Below are positions 46,121-56,350 of a stretch of DNA of 64,000 nt, one piece after another. How positions within the stretch are numbered: position 1 is the stretch's first letter; every line of letters begins with the position of its first letter. This stretch comes from a virus: positions 16,468-80,467 of the IMG/VR virus record IMGVR_UViG_3300021092_002038. One strand, 5' to 3'. A program made the translations under genes and the position numbers. The notes under the pieces are model-generated. The model was not told the origin of the DNA, did no database searches, and worked only from the letters and a program-made list of their open reading frames with translations.

Positions 46121-49100
46121 TTAGATAAAAAACTTCCTATAATCTGATAGGTTGTATGGTGATCCTTCTTTGATTTGATTGCCAACATCGGAACTTATAC
46201 CCTTACTTTTATCATTTTTTTTGGTTTTGATTAACCCCTTTGCTTTGTCATAGTCATTTCTACCAGCTTTTGACAATGTGTTCAGTTTTTGAATCAATTC
46301 AGCTTTACCCTTTACATCAAGTGGTTTCAAACCATCTTTTGTAACAATATTCCACTTGTCTCCAAAATATTGATACAAAGACTTTGGAGTTAATGGATCT
46401 TCTTCTTGACCAGCCATGACCAATGTCTTTTCTTTTGGTTTAAATCCATCTTGTTTTGGTTGAGCTTGGCTTGATCCCAACAAGTCCAATCCTTGTAGTG
46501 CGTTATCAACCATTTTGTTTGTCTTTTTACTACCCTTCTTATATACCAACACATCACCAATGTCCAAACAAGTAATTATAAGTTGTTTTAGATTTGCCTT
46601 AGTAAAGCCGTTTGGATTCAATCCTTGTAGAATTAGACCTAAATCAATCAATTTAGCAAACATTGCTCTAGCATTTGCGATATCTGGGCCGGTCAAGTTT
46701 CCAATAGCGCCAGTATTTGGAACAACTGGCTTACCCTTGGTCTCCAAATCTTCGTTCATTGGTAACTTAGGTGGCTGTGCAGGTGCCACGCTAAAATTAT
46801 AAACACTATTTGGATTCTTTTTGTTGAACACTTGACGAAGTTCAAAAGTAGCACCCACTAGGTTTGGAATAACAGCGGTAAAGTCGTTGATAAATGCTTG
46901 ACGTGCTTTATTTTGTGCCAATAAATCTTTAGCTGCTTCAGCCAGCGAAGTAAACTGAGGATCTTGTGTTATTTCAACACGAACATTATTTGGATCACCA
47001 ACCTTTTGACGATATTGAGCAGACGCATCACTAATTGCTTTACTGAACTTAATCAAGAAGGTCTTTAATGTAGCAATACTAGCCTTAGCCTCTGGACTTT
47101 TTGGATCATCAACAGCTTTTAACATATCTACCACCCGTTGTTGTAAATTACCAGAGAATAACGGACTTCCCTTCAATCCAGTTACATACTTTGCCAAATT
47201 TTTATTTGCATAACTGCCGCCTGAATCACCAGCACCAGTAGTTGCACCAGGAGTTGCATCAGAATTTTTGCATTTTGCGATGTCGAGTTGTCCACTCTTC
47301 GTATTTTTATATTTTTCGTATATTTTTGGATATTTCTTTTCAAATTCATCTAGAAAAGCACAAAAAACAGAACGATAATAGTTATCATCATCTATAACTT
47401 TTCCAGTTGAATCAACTTTTACAAAATCGTATTTTTTGGGATTGTTATATACATTCTTACCAAACTCGTTCCGAAACGCTAGAAGTGTATTTTCTTCTTC
47501 ACGTGTCAAAGGTTCGCCTGTTGCGGAAGTCTGTGTTGAAGTTGCGCCAGTAGTTTTTTCAGAATCTTTAACACTTTTACTGACCACGATATCTTCCGGA
47601 AAATTTAAGTTCAAACTTTTTGGAAGCTTTTTAAAATCGGCTTTAACTTTTTCAATAAGTTCATACGCGGATTTTGCGCCCTCAATGTTTTTCAAACTGT
47701 TCAACACTTCTGTTGTATTGTTTCCACTTGCGTTGAATGTTTTTGCGACATCTTGAATATATTGACGCATTTCTTTTTCAATATTTTGTTTTAAATTTTT
47801 AACTGCGTTTTCTTGATTTGCAGTTAAAGGAACAGCCCCAACAACAGGAGTAGCAGCAGACGTGGATGCGGCTGCTTCACTTAAAACATTCTTAAGTATA
47901 GATAACAACATTGTAGATTCGTTTGTGTTATTAATTTTATTTGGTGTGACCCCTGGTGTGCCCCCCCCTGCGGCTACAGCTCCAAACGCGGATGTGGCAG
48001 AACGAATGTTATTGTTTAATGTTTGATTAAATGCATCGGTTGCGGCCTCGATACTGTTTCTTGTCGCCATAACTAATTCAGCATTCTGGAAAGCTTTAAC
48101 CAGATGTTTATTATCACCATCATTTGCAAGATTGGCAAGATAATTATATAAATTTATATATTCTTGATTCATTCGCTTCGTAACTAGAGGCGCCATTGTT
48201 CCTAGCTCATCGTTTGCCAGATCTTCACCCATCTGACTTATTGAACGTACAGAGGTCGCTATTAAATCGATTGTACTCTTGGATCCTGCTATATCAAAAG
48301 TCATCTTTTGAGCAGAATCCCAATTGTTCATAGTTACTTGTACATGAACATAACCCTCATTCTGAAACTTTTCGAAATAGGTCATGATGTCACGCCCAAT
48401 CTCAGTCGGTACCGACATTTTCATCATATTCTGTAAAAATGGACCAACAGTTTGTTGAAATAACTGGCCGGTCAACCAACCTACTATACTCGTTTTAAGT
48501 GCATTGCCAATTGCAGTAGAAGCACTTTCACCTTTTAACGCACCCACAGCGGCTCTCAACATGAAGAGAACTGCGCTTGTTACAAGAACAACAGACTTTG
48601 CACCTACAAGCGCGAAGCCAATTGGCCCGGCGGCCAAACCTGCAACAGTTGCTAATAATCCAATTACTATACCGGTCTTAACTGTATTTGCTTTTGCATA
48701 GGCTCCAAGTTGATCAACTATCTTTAAAATATTAGACTGTTCTGTTTGATTTGCACCCAGCTTAGAGAGATTATCACGAATTGATTTCTTCTTTTCTTCA
48801 AACATTCTATCAAAATCTTGAACCGGCTTGGTATTTTTGATGTTTTCCCACAATTCATTAAATTTTTTATTCAGTAACGCAGTAAGTTTTTCCGCTCCAC
48901 CAACCGCGGCAACGGCAGCACCAGTAACACCGTACGGTAGAACATTGGCACCACTTAGAGCCGTTCGTGCAACTCCACCTGCGATTTGTCCTCCCTTTTG
49001 GGTTAAACCTTTTAACACTCCACTCTTTTTTACAGGAATACCTCCGATAGCATCAGGTACATTTTTGTCGAAAGTTTTTAATTGAGCAAAATAATCTCCC

Positions 49101-49498
49101 AAACTTCTTGTGAAATTTTTGTTTCTTAAATTGAGATATGTGGTTTCATATTCACCTTTTACCGATCCACCTATCTTACTTTGAATAGCTTTTCCCAAAC
49201 TACCAAATCCACCAGCACTAGCGAGATTACCCACAGCATTAATAGCACCTTTACCAAATCCAGCAACCTTAGCTGCAAAGTTATCACCAAATTTTTCTTG
49301 AAGAATTTTTTCGGTGATTTCGATTGATTGAATCTCCATTACCAATTCTTTTTGTATAGCCAGACCATCACGATAATATCCAAAAAATTCTTTGGTGCGA
49401 TTACCGTGAATTGATTGATATTGATCATAAAATTTAACTTCTTCGTTGAGAAGTTGTCTAGAATAAAAAGTTTCAATTAAAAGAGGTGAATTATCCAT
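46121..49498 (-). CDS. Large hypothetical protein with hydrophobic hairpin (possible virion/ejection protein)
   Basis: 1125 aa, long apolar stretch TGIVIGLL...LFMLRAAVGAL, Thr/Ala/Gly linkers, TATTTATA upstream. Confidence 0.6.
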   Translation of the reverse strand: MDNSPLLIETFYSRQLLNEEVKFYDQYQSIHGNRTKEFFGYYRDGLAIQKELVMEIQSIEITEKILQEKFGDNFAAKVAGFGKGAINAVGNLASAGGFGSLGKAIQSKIGGSVKGEYETTYLNLRNKNFTRSLGDYFAQLKTFDKNVPDAIGGIPVKKSGVLKGLTQKGGQIAGGVARTALSGANVLPYGVTGAAVAAVGGAEKLTALLNKKFNELWENIKNTKPVQDFDRMFEEKKKSIRDNLSKLGANQTEQSNILKIVDQLGAYAKANTVKTGIVIGLLATVAGLAAGPIGFALVGAKSVVLVTSAVLFMLRAAVGALKGESASTAIGNALKTSIVGWLTGQLFQQTVGPFLQNMMKMSVPTEIGRDIMTYFEKFQNEGYVHVQVTMNNWDSAQKMTFDIAGSKSTIDLIATSVRSISQMGEDLANDELGTMAPLVTKRMNQEYINLYNYLANLANDGDNKHLVKAFQNAELVMATRNSIEAATDAFNQTLNNNIRSATSAFGAVAAGGGTPGVTPNKINNTNESTMLLSILKNVLSEAAASTSAATPVVGAVPLTANQENAVKNLKQNIEKEMRQYIQDVAKTFNASGNNTTEVLNSLKNIEGAKSAYELIEKVKADFKKLPKSLNLNFPEDIVVSKSVKDSEKTTGATSTQTSATGEPLTREEENTLLAFRNEFGKNVYNNPKKYDFVKVDSTGKVIDDDNYYRSVFCAFLDEFEKKYPKIYEKYKNTKSGQLDIAKCKNSDATPGATTGAGDSGGSYANKNLAKYVTGLKGSPLFSGNLQQRVVDMLKAVDDPKSPEAKASIATLKTFLIKFSKAISDASAQYRQKVGDPNNVRVEITQDPQFTSLAEAAKDLLAQNKARQAFINDFTAVIPNLVGATFELRQVFNKKNPNSVYNFSVAPAQPPKLPMNEDLETKGKPVVPNTGAIGNLTGPDIANARAMFAKLIDLGLILQGLNPNGFTKANLKQLIITCLDIGDVLVYKKGSKKTNKMVDNALQGLDLLGSSQAQPKQDGFKPKEKTLVMAGQEEDPLTPKSLYQYFGDKWNIVTKDGLKPLDVKGKAELIQKLNTLSKAGRNDYDKAKGLIKTKKNDKSKGISSDVGNQIKEGSPYNLSDYRKFFI

Positions 49499-49551
49499 AC
49501 AATATAAATATAATTAATTCTATAAAAAAAGCATAATATTGTTACATCATC

Positions 49552-49756
49552 TTATTTTTTGGAATAGTTCGTCGACTTATTATATTCTTTAGATTCTTTT
49601 TCTTTGATCTCGGTGAGTTGTTTATAGTAGAAATTTCTCAAATAAACAGGTAAATCATAAGCTATATCAACATTTATAGCTCCTTGACTGTAATAACCAA
49701 GCTGAAAAATCTGTTGATGTAAGTAAACTTTATACTCCGGTGTCAGGCCAAAAAAA
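49552..49756 (-). CDS. Probable frameshift extension of the tail/baseplate assembly chaperone
   Basis: Frame has no ATG; protein-like sequence begins at the U7 run shared with the upstream ORF (FFGLTPEYK...YDLPVYLRNFY). Confidence 0.6.
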
Positions 49757-50605
49757 GGATACCGACAACGGTATGCCCATCCTTTCGTTGTGTTGGCAGT
49801 CGGAACACTCAAAATCAAACGCCATGTCGATATCAGGTGTATTTTCTTTAACGTAGATTCTAAATGCTAAACTATCCTTGGATAACAACTGTTGATCAAC
49901 AAACTTGTTGATAATCTGTCGATCTTCGTTTCCGTCCACACTGACAATCATTTTTTTCAAACGAGTAGTGATTTCAGCCGAAGCTCCTGACTTGTTGATT
50001 TTGTTGAGTGCAGTCAATTCTTGTTCGATCGAACTTTCATCACGATGTGTCAATAACTTGTATTTTAATGTTACTTTTGACGCGGGTAAAACAAATTCAA
50101 ATAAATTTACTCCACGTTCATACTTTTCAAACTCAAACTCTTTGTTATTTACTTTTGATAAATCTATCAAACAGTTGTTTTCTTTTCCACATTTAGGACA
50201 TTTAACTTGAAGTGGTCCATAACTATCGCCATACGCCAATCTTCTTGATGCGACAAATAGAGCATTTTTATCGCCAATTAATAATTCATCGGTTTTAACT
50301 CCATCGGTAACAATCAAACTCTCCAAAAGTTTTTCCAACACCACTCCTTTTTTAATCAAATTTTGACTCGTTAAAATATCTTCTTCTTTTGCAGTCATGT
50401 ATTTTATATCTACAACACCTTTACTTAAAGGTGAATTTGAGTTGTAAAAATATCCCTCGCTAGGCAATCCAATCGTTTCTGATGGATACTTGGGTTTCTC
50501 GACTGGTTTACTAGCAGGTGATTTAACTGCCAGTCTGACTGAATCAGGAACGTTAATCGAAGTTTCTTTTTGTGGTCGTGTAATATTAATTGTATCTTCT
50601 TCCAT
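49730..50605 (-). CDS. Tail/baseplate hub assembly chaperone (T4 gp26-like)
   Basis: LPSEG..Y, MTAKEEDIL, GDKNAL...R..AYG, CPKC, LP.S, P.IDM...CSDC, FFWP. Confidence 0.75.
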   Translation of the reverse strand: MEEDTINITRPQKETSINVPDSVRLAVKSPASKPVEKPKYPSETIGLPSEGYFYNSNSPLSKGVVDIKYMTAKEEDILTSQNLIKKGVVLEKLLESLIVTDGVKTDELLIGDKNALFVASRRLAYGDSYGPLQVKCPKCGKENNCLIDLSKVNNKEFEFEKYERGVNLFEFVLPASKVTLKYKLLTHRDESSIEQELTALNKINKSGASAEITTRLKKMIVSVDGNEDRQIINKFVDQQLLSKDSLAFRIYVKENTPDIDMAFDFECSDCQHNERMGIPLSVSFFWPDTGV

Positions 50606-50677
50606 ATAACATTATGTTTTCAATATATAGTAACCAATTACTTTTTTTTCTTTTTATATTTAATGTATTTTTAAAAT

Positions 50678-51004
50678 TTACTCTTTTACGATTGATGCGG
50701 CTTTAACAGCTGCCTCTGTAGATTTAACTTTTTCTTCTGCATTTTTTACCGACTGTTCTTTTTCAGTTAAATCTTTTTCTCCAGAATCTTTTGCAGATTT
50801 TAATGATTCTTGTGCTTTATTCAAATTATATTTTGCTTTTTCTAATGATTTAGATTTTGCCTTTAAATCAAACTCGTCACGTTTTAATTCTAAGTCTTTT
50901 ATTTCTTTATCAAACGTCTCGTTTTCTTTATCTTGTTCATTTTGTTCCAAGATAATTCTTATATAACTTCTCACATATTCTTTTAATTTAACTTTTTTAT
51001 TCAT
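50678..51004 (-). CDS. Coiled-coil hypothetical protein
   Basis: 108 aa with LKEYVR..I..ILEQ leader; TATTTATT upstream. Confidence 0.55.
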   Translation of the reverse strand: MNKKVKLKEYVRSYIRIILEQNEQDKENETFDKEIKDLELKRDEFDLKAKSKSLEKAKYNLNKAQESLKSAKDSGEKDLTEKEQSVKNAEEKVKSTEAAVKAASIVKE

Positions 51005-51037
51005 ATAGTTTCAGTAATAAATATATAAAAATAAAAA

Positions 51038-52687
51038 TTATTTTGAAAAAATCCACTTAGAGTGTCCACAATCCCAAATTCTATCGTAATTATTAAGTTG
51101 CATATTTTGCCATTCGGTTAAATTTTTATCAAATTTATTCAGTTTTTTATCAAGATTGTGTTTAACAAACCCGTATCTATGTAATCTATCTGGATTGCCA
51201 TATTTAATATAAAAATAATTAGGCGGCGTGTTTGATTCAAAAGAAAATCCTAACTTTTTATAAATATCTCCAATACTCCACCTTCTATCCGCGTATGATA
51301 TTATTTTCTTAGGATTGTAAGTCTTTATAAAATATTTAATAAGTTTACTAGCTCCACCTATTATCAGATTTTCTGAACAATATCTATACATTTCGTATTC
51401 ATCTTCTTTATGTTTGTTTCCTAGAATGACTCTGAGTTTTCCAAATGTCATAACCGATACAAGGTTTCCTTTAAAAATTAAAGCTAACCGTATCGATGAA
51501 TTGCATTTTCCCTGAAGATGGTGTGTTTCCAAAAACTGATCGCAATCTTTTGAATTAATCTCTTGGATTTCACAGTCTCTAGCATAAATCTTATTTTTTG
51601 CATTTTTACCTAAAATGTGAGATAGTCGAGTTTTGACCACGTTTTCTTTTTTAATCCACTCATCCTCAAATATGTGAATAAGTCTAATGTTCTTCTGAAG
51701 ACATTCTTCTGTTTTTTTTAAATGATACATTTTTGATTTTTTTCCTGCCAACTCACTGTGCCAATATGTTCCGTCAAATTCTATTGCAACGTTTTTAGCC
51801 GGAATGTATATATCAAGTTCACCCGAAATAATACCTCTTTGTTTTTTTTGTATTTCCACTTCGGCACCCATCAACGATTTGATATAATCGGATATTTCTT
51901 GTTCCATAATCGATGTTCCTCGAATGTATGGATTGCAAACCAAACATCTGGGAATATGTCCGCCGTCTATGTGATCTTCAAAAATTGCCTCACACTTATT
52001 ACATTTAAATTTATATAAATTTGATTTATCCGTCGTAACATACTCTTCGTTTTCAAAACAAACAGAAACATGTTCGTTTATTTTTGGATTGGATCTTAAC
52101 TTTTCCCATCGACGCAACCGATTTTTTTTAACCATTTTTAATTTTATAATATCAGAATTTACAGGTATTTTATTTCCGTATTTTTCTATATTGGTGTTGT
52201 GAATTTTAGATTTAATTGACTCACATTTAAAAACATTATCACATCCGTATTTTTTTCTAACCGTGTTTTTTACCTTTTCTTTGACCATCTTAGATTGTGA
52301 TGGATTTTCCGTTCCGTATTTTTTTAAATTTGAAATTTTTATTTTTTCTTTTACCACGTTTGATTGAAAAGAACACTCAACCCCAAAATTCTTTTTATTT
52401 GTAGTTTTAATCTTATCGATGACCTCCGATGATTTTGACGCATTATTTACGCCGTATCGTTCTAAACACGTTTTTTTTGCTTTTTCTGGATTAACATACG
52501 TCTCAGATCCATATTTTTTTAATTTTGTGCTCTTTATTTTATCAATACGATTTTTGTCATTCGCCGTCGCTTGAGAACTGCATTTAACACAACAAAATCT
52601 TTGCTTTCTTTTTATTAAAGATTCAAATTCGTTATTACATACTTCACAATTTTTTACTATATAATATGTATTTTTTAATTTTATCAT
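51038..52687 (-). CDS. Nuclease-like fusion, paralog 1 (Zn finger + KYG repeats + Vsr/DUF559-like nuclease + Mom/GNAT-like domain)
   Basis: CEVC..CCVKC; KKYG/ERYG repeats; ELDIYIP..IEFDGTYWH; HHLQG, ISYADRR, RIWDCG. Confidence 0.75.
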   Translation of the reverse strand: MIKLKNTYYIVKNCEVCNNEFESLIKRKQRFCCVKCSSQATANDKNRIDKIKSTKLKKYGSETYVNPEKAKKTCLERYGVNNASKSSEVIDKIKTTNKKNFGVECSFQSNVVKEKIKISNLKKYGTENPSQSKMVKEKVKNTVRKKYGCDNVFKCESIKSKIHNTNIEKYGNKIPVNSDIIKLKMVKKNRLRRWEKLRSNPKINEHVSVCFENEEYVTTDKSNLYKFKCNKCEAIFEDHIDGGHIPRCLVCNPYIRGTSIMEQEISDYIKSLMGAEVEIQKKQRGIISGELDIYIPAKNVAIEFDGTYWHSELAGKKSKMYHLKKTEECLQKNIRLIHIFEDEWIKKENVVKTRLSHILGKNAKNKIYARDCEIQEINSKDCDQFLETHHLQGKCNSSIRLALIFKGNLVSVMTFGKLRVILGNKHKEDEYEMYRYCSENLIIGGASKLIKYFIKTYNPKKIISYADRRWSIGDIYKKLGFSFESNTPPNYFYIKYGNPDRLHRYGFVKHNLDKKLNKFDKNLTEWQNMQLNNYDRIWDCGHSKWIFSK

Positions 52688-52743
52688 GCGTCTCCACCTG
52701 TCATTCTAACTTGAAATACATATAATTCAATCCATTAAAAAAT

Positions 52744-52778
52744 AAAAAAGTTCGCCGGTTTAGTGGCGAACTTTCTTT
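52744..52778 (-). terminator. Intrinsic terminator after tail tube gene
   Basis: - strand AAAGTTCGCC-ACTAAACC-GGCGAACTTT followed by T run. Confidence 0.85.
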
Positions 52779-52797
52779 GATATCCTTTAAACAATTT

Positions 52798-53292
52798 TTA
52801 GAATTGGAGGATACAGTAATCCATACTGAGAGTTATGGTGATTCCTATATGCTCGCCGTCGTTACTCCAATCAAGCGTACCGAAGTTGGTTGTACCTGTG
52901 ATAAATGCTCCTTTAAGAGTCCACTCTTCCACTTTATCTCCAACAGGTCCTAGAACGTTAATTGTGACATCTTTTTTGTAAAAATCACTATATCCGTCTC
53001 GACCAGTCACTGATTCGTGGTGTAAACGAATCCATTCCATGACTGCTTGTGCGCCGGACGGAACAATTGGATCATACAATTCTATTGTCACATCTTCCCA
53101 TTTGCTCTTTCCACGATATTTTCTTTGAATGTTGATGTGGTTTAATTCTTTTACAGCTGCGTTAATTTTGGGTCGATCTGTTTTCTTGATTAGGAAGGAC
53201 GGAATTCCATCAAGATACATGATAAAGCGATTTTGAACTTTAGGTTCGAAAGCTGTGAAAAAGATTTCATTGGATTGTAATAAGTCTGCCAT
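52798..53292 (-). CDS. Tail tube protein (T4 gp19-like)
   Basis: FEPKVQNRF, W.DVTIELYD, VMEW, YKKD, VEEWTLKGAF, FGTLDW, LSMDY. Confidence 0.88.
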   Translation of the reverse strand: MADLLQSNEIFFTAFEPKVQNRFIMYLDGIPSFLIKKTDRPKINAAVKELNHINIQRKYRGKSKWEDVTIELYDPIVPSGAQAVMEWIRLHHESVTGRDGYSDFYKKDVTINVLGPVGDKVEEWTLKGAFITGTTNFGTLDWSNDGEHIGITITLSMDYCILQF

Positions 53293-53429
53293 AATTTAAA
53301 ATTCCTTATTTTGATGTTTTGATGTTATATTCATCGTTGAGTATAAATAATAAAAAAAACAAAAAAAATGATTTTAATTTTTACTTTAATAATTATATTT
53401 ACAGCTTTCGAACTAAAAGGTAATATTTT

Positions 53430-54989
53430 ATGGGTAGACGTAGAAAGAATCCGATTAACGTGACAAAACAATGTCCAACATGTGGCGTTAATTTTTTAAT
53501 TAAATATTCAAAACAACATCAAGTTTATTGTAGTCGAGCTTGTTCACAGAAATCTCCATCGGTTATAGCAAAAATGAAATGTAGTCAAAAAGAAACGTTT
53601 ATTGAAAAATATGGAGTAGAACACCCTATGTTGACCGATGCTACAAAATTAAATTTTAAAAAATCGATGTTGAGTAAATATGGTGTTGATCATCCAAGTC
53701 ATATGGATGGACACAGGGAAAAGGTTAAGTTAACATTGAAAAACAGATACGGTGCTGAAAATTATAACAATCTTAAACAAATGGAAAAAACCATGTTTGA
53801 CAGATATGGGGTTGTGAACTATAGAAAAACTTCAGCTTGTTCGGACAAAATAAAACAAACGTGTTTGAAAAAATATGGTGTGGAACATGCCTCTCAAAGA
53901 GAAGAGCTAAGGCATAAACATCGCTCGAATATGTTTATTAAATTTAAAAATTTGCCAGAATTTGAGAATTTTACACCTCTGTTTAGTTTAAATGATCTAC
54001 AGGGAATGTCTTCTGAAATTATTAGATACAAATTTAAATGTAACCGATGCGATTCTCTTGATTTTTACAAACTTATAGATGGAAGTAAACCTTTATGTAA
54101 AAAATGTGATAAAGATATTTTATTTAAAAACCAAAACGAATTGTGTTTGTTTTTAAAAGATATTTTAGAAAAAGATGAAACGATTATTGTTGATGATCTA
54201 ACTATACTATATCCTCAAGAAGTAGATTTATATATTCCATCGAAAAAAATTGTAGTCGATCTTGTGGATTTGCAATCTCACAGCGAATTGGTTGGCGGTA
54301 AAAATAAAACATATCATTTGTTAAAAACCAAAAAATGTCTGAGAAAAGAAGTTGAGTGTGTTCAGATTTTTGAAAATGAATGGAATGATAAAAAAGAAAT
54401 AGTGAAATCAATTTTAAAAAATAAATTTAAAAAATGTGATAATAAATTTTATGCTCGTAACTGCACTGTAAAAATTCTTAACAAAGAAGAATGTAAAAAT
54501 TTTTTAAACGAAAATCATATTCAGGGAAACGATAAGTCTTTTTTTAAAATTGGTTTGTTTCATAACAATATGTTGGTGTCGGCAATGACATTTTGTAAAA
54601 GTAGATATAATAAAAATTACGAATACGAACTTAGTCGTTATTGTAACAAATTGTATTCAAACGTTGTCGGTGGAGCGGAAAAGTTATTTTCTTTCTTTTT
54701 AAAAAAATACAATCCCAAAAACATTATTACTTACAGTGATCGTCGATTTTTTTCCGGCGAAGTATATCTTAAATTAAAATTTAATTTTACACATAACACC
54801 TCTCCCAATTATTTTTATATATCGGATAATTATAAAACTTTATTAGGAAGAATTAGCTTTCAGAAACATAAATTGAAAAAATTGTTGTCTTTGTATGAAG
54901 AAAATCTTAGTGAGTGGGAAAACATGAAAAACAACGGATATGATAGAATTTGGGATTGTGGCCACTCGACCTGGGTTTATACCGCTTAA
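53430..54989 (+). CDS. Nuclease-like fusion, paralog 2 (degenerate nuclease site)
   Basis: Same architecture; nuclease motif reads EVDLYIP..IVVDLVDLQSH instead of IEFDG.YWH. Confidence 0.75.
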   Translation: MGRRRKNPINVTKQCPTCGVNFLIKYSKQHQVYCSRACSQKSPSVIAKMKCSQKETFIEKYGVEHPMLTDATKLNFKKSMLSKYGVDHPSHMDGHREKVKLTLKNRYGAENYNNLKQMEKTMFDRYGVVNYRKTSACSDKIKQTCLKKYGVEHASQREELRHKHRSNMFIKFKNLPEFENFTPLFSLNDLQGMSSEIIRYKFKCNRCDSLDFYKLIDGSKPLCKKCDKDILFKNQNELCLFLKDILEKDETIIVDDLTILYPQEVDLYIPSKKIVVDLVDLQSHSELVGGKNKTYHLLKTKKCLRKEVECVQIFENEWNDKKEIVKSILKNKFKKCDNKFYARNCTVKILNKEECKNFLNENHIQGNDKSFFKIGLFHNNMLVSAMTFCKSRYNKNYEYELSRYCNKLYSNVVGGAEKLFSFFLKKYNPKNIITYSDRRFFSGEVYLKLKFNFTHNTSPNYFYISDNYKTLLGRISFQKHKLKKLLSLYEENLSEWENMKNNGYDRIWDCGHSTWVYTA

Positions 54990-55678
54990 TTTTTTTCAAA
55001 AATACTCACCGAATGATCGTATACATCTTTTTTTAAATCTCTTATTCTTTTTATATATCCTTTAGATCTTAAAAGTTTAAACACAACATTTTCTACGCTC
55101 ATTTCTCCAGACGAATCTAATCCAGTTTGCCTCATTTTATATAAGTCATTAATCAGCGTATTCAACTTATCTACTGTGGTAGGTTCTTCTGTAAATCTAT
55201 TTATTTTATAAACGTAATCATTATATTTACTCTTGACCATTTCTTTATCTATTATCACCTTTTGTTTTTTCGGCTTAACAATCCAATATCCTTTCATTAA
55301 AGAATAAATTCCAGTCGCATGTGTTTTATGATTTACGTCTTGAATATAACCTTCGACGTTATAACCTTTAATAGTAATGTCATGTTCGTAATTCCACTTT
55401 GATTTTAAAGCGTTTAAATAATTCTGCGCTTCTTTTTGATCGACTCCTAGTTCGTTAATATCAATAACCAAATGAATATCTATATCACTTGTAGTCGTCC
55501 AGTTATAGTTTGCAGAACTTCCTAATAATAATACATCTTTAAGAGCGGGCTTTATTTTTATTTCTGCATAAAAATCAGAAGCGATTTTTAAAAGCTTTGC
55601 AGAAATTTCAGGCTTGATGTTTTCATCAGACTGCCATATGGCAGGATTTAAAGTGGATTGATATAATCGATCAAACAT
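54986..55678 (-). CDS. Pol-beta-superfamily nucleotidyltransferase
   Basis: LLGSSANYNW...SDIDIH, VEGYIQD; likely start is ATG 55678 (MFDRLY), overlapping the upstream stop. Confidence 0.75.
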   Translation of the reverse strand: MFDRLYQSTLNPAIWQSDENIKPEISAKLLKIASDFYAEIKIKPALKDVLLLGSSANYNWTTTSDIDIHLVIDINELGVDQKEAQNYLNALKSKWNYEHDITIKGYNVEGYIQDVNHKTHATGIYSLMKGYWIVKPKKQKVIIDKEMVKSKYNDYVYKINRFTEEPTTVDKLNTLINDLYKMRQTGLDSSGEMSVENVVFKLLRSKGYIKRIRDLKKDVYDHSVSIFEKN

Positions 55679-56213
55679 ATCTGTAAAGTTCTTTAATAAT
55701 CCTTTCGGCGTTAATGCGTTCAAGATCACCAATTGTTCTATTAGCATTAAAATGCTGAATTCCGATTCCTCCTTTAGCTCTCCAAGAATCGATATTATTC
55801 TTGTAGTCGTCAACTAATATTTTTCCAGGCCCCGCATATTTCTGTTTATCCTGCGCTGATCCAACAATAATAATATCCGAAGCATCAATTTGCGATGTAA
55901 AATTATATTTTTTAAGCCACAATCTTTTTCCTTCATCTGCATAAATACTTCCGTTTTTCTCACTTGAACTGCTTAAAATTCCAACGCGAACAAAGTTTTT
56001 AAATACAAAACTTTTAAGATCTTCCATGTCTTTCATCGGAGTCATGTTTTCCCAAAATTCCACTCCCGCGTCATTTATAAACTTCCACAACGATTGCGAT
56101 CCTTTGGTTTTTTCATATTCAGCAACATCAACTCCTGATTTAATTTTAAATTCAAGATGAAAATCGCATAATACGCCATCCATATCAAGGTATATTATTT
56201 CAATATCAGTCAT
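55671..56213 (-). CDS. HAD-family 5'(3')-deoxyribonucleotidase-like protein
   Basis: YLDMDGVLCDF, ILSS, GKRLW, ILVDDY..N...W...GG; likely start is ATG 56213 (MTDIE). Confidence 0.8.
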   Translation of the reverse strand: MTDIEIIYLDMDGVLCDFHLEFKIKSGVDVAEYEKTKGSQSLWKFINDAGVEFWENMTPMKDMEDLKSFVFKNFVRVGILSSSSEKNGSIYADEGKRLWLKKYNFTSQIDASDIIIVGSAQDKQKYAGPGKILVDDYKNNIDSWRAKGGIGIQHFNANRTIGDLERINAERIIKELYRYV

Positions 56214-56350
56214 ATCGTTGTATAATAAATATCCATTTAAAATATAAATAGTTGACTTTGTTTTATAAAAAACTATATGTACAACATGCTGTTGCAAGCA
56301 AAACAAGCACAATAACTAAAATAAGTAAAACAAGTACAATATAATTAAAA

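Noticed and set aside
55679-55813. Long overlaps implied by the ORF-track starts at 55813 and 56312
   Set aside because: Upstream extensions lack family motifs; ATGs at 55678 and 56213 give normal coupling
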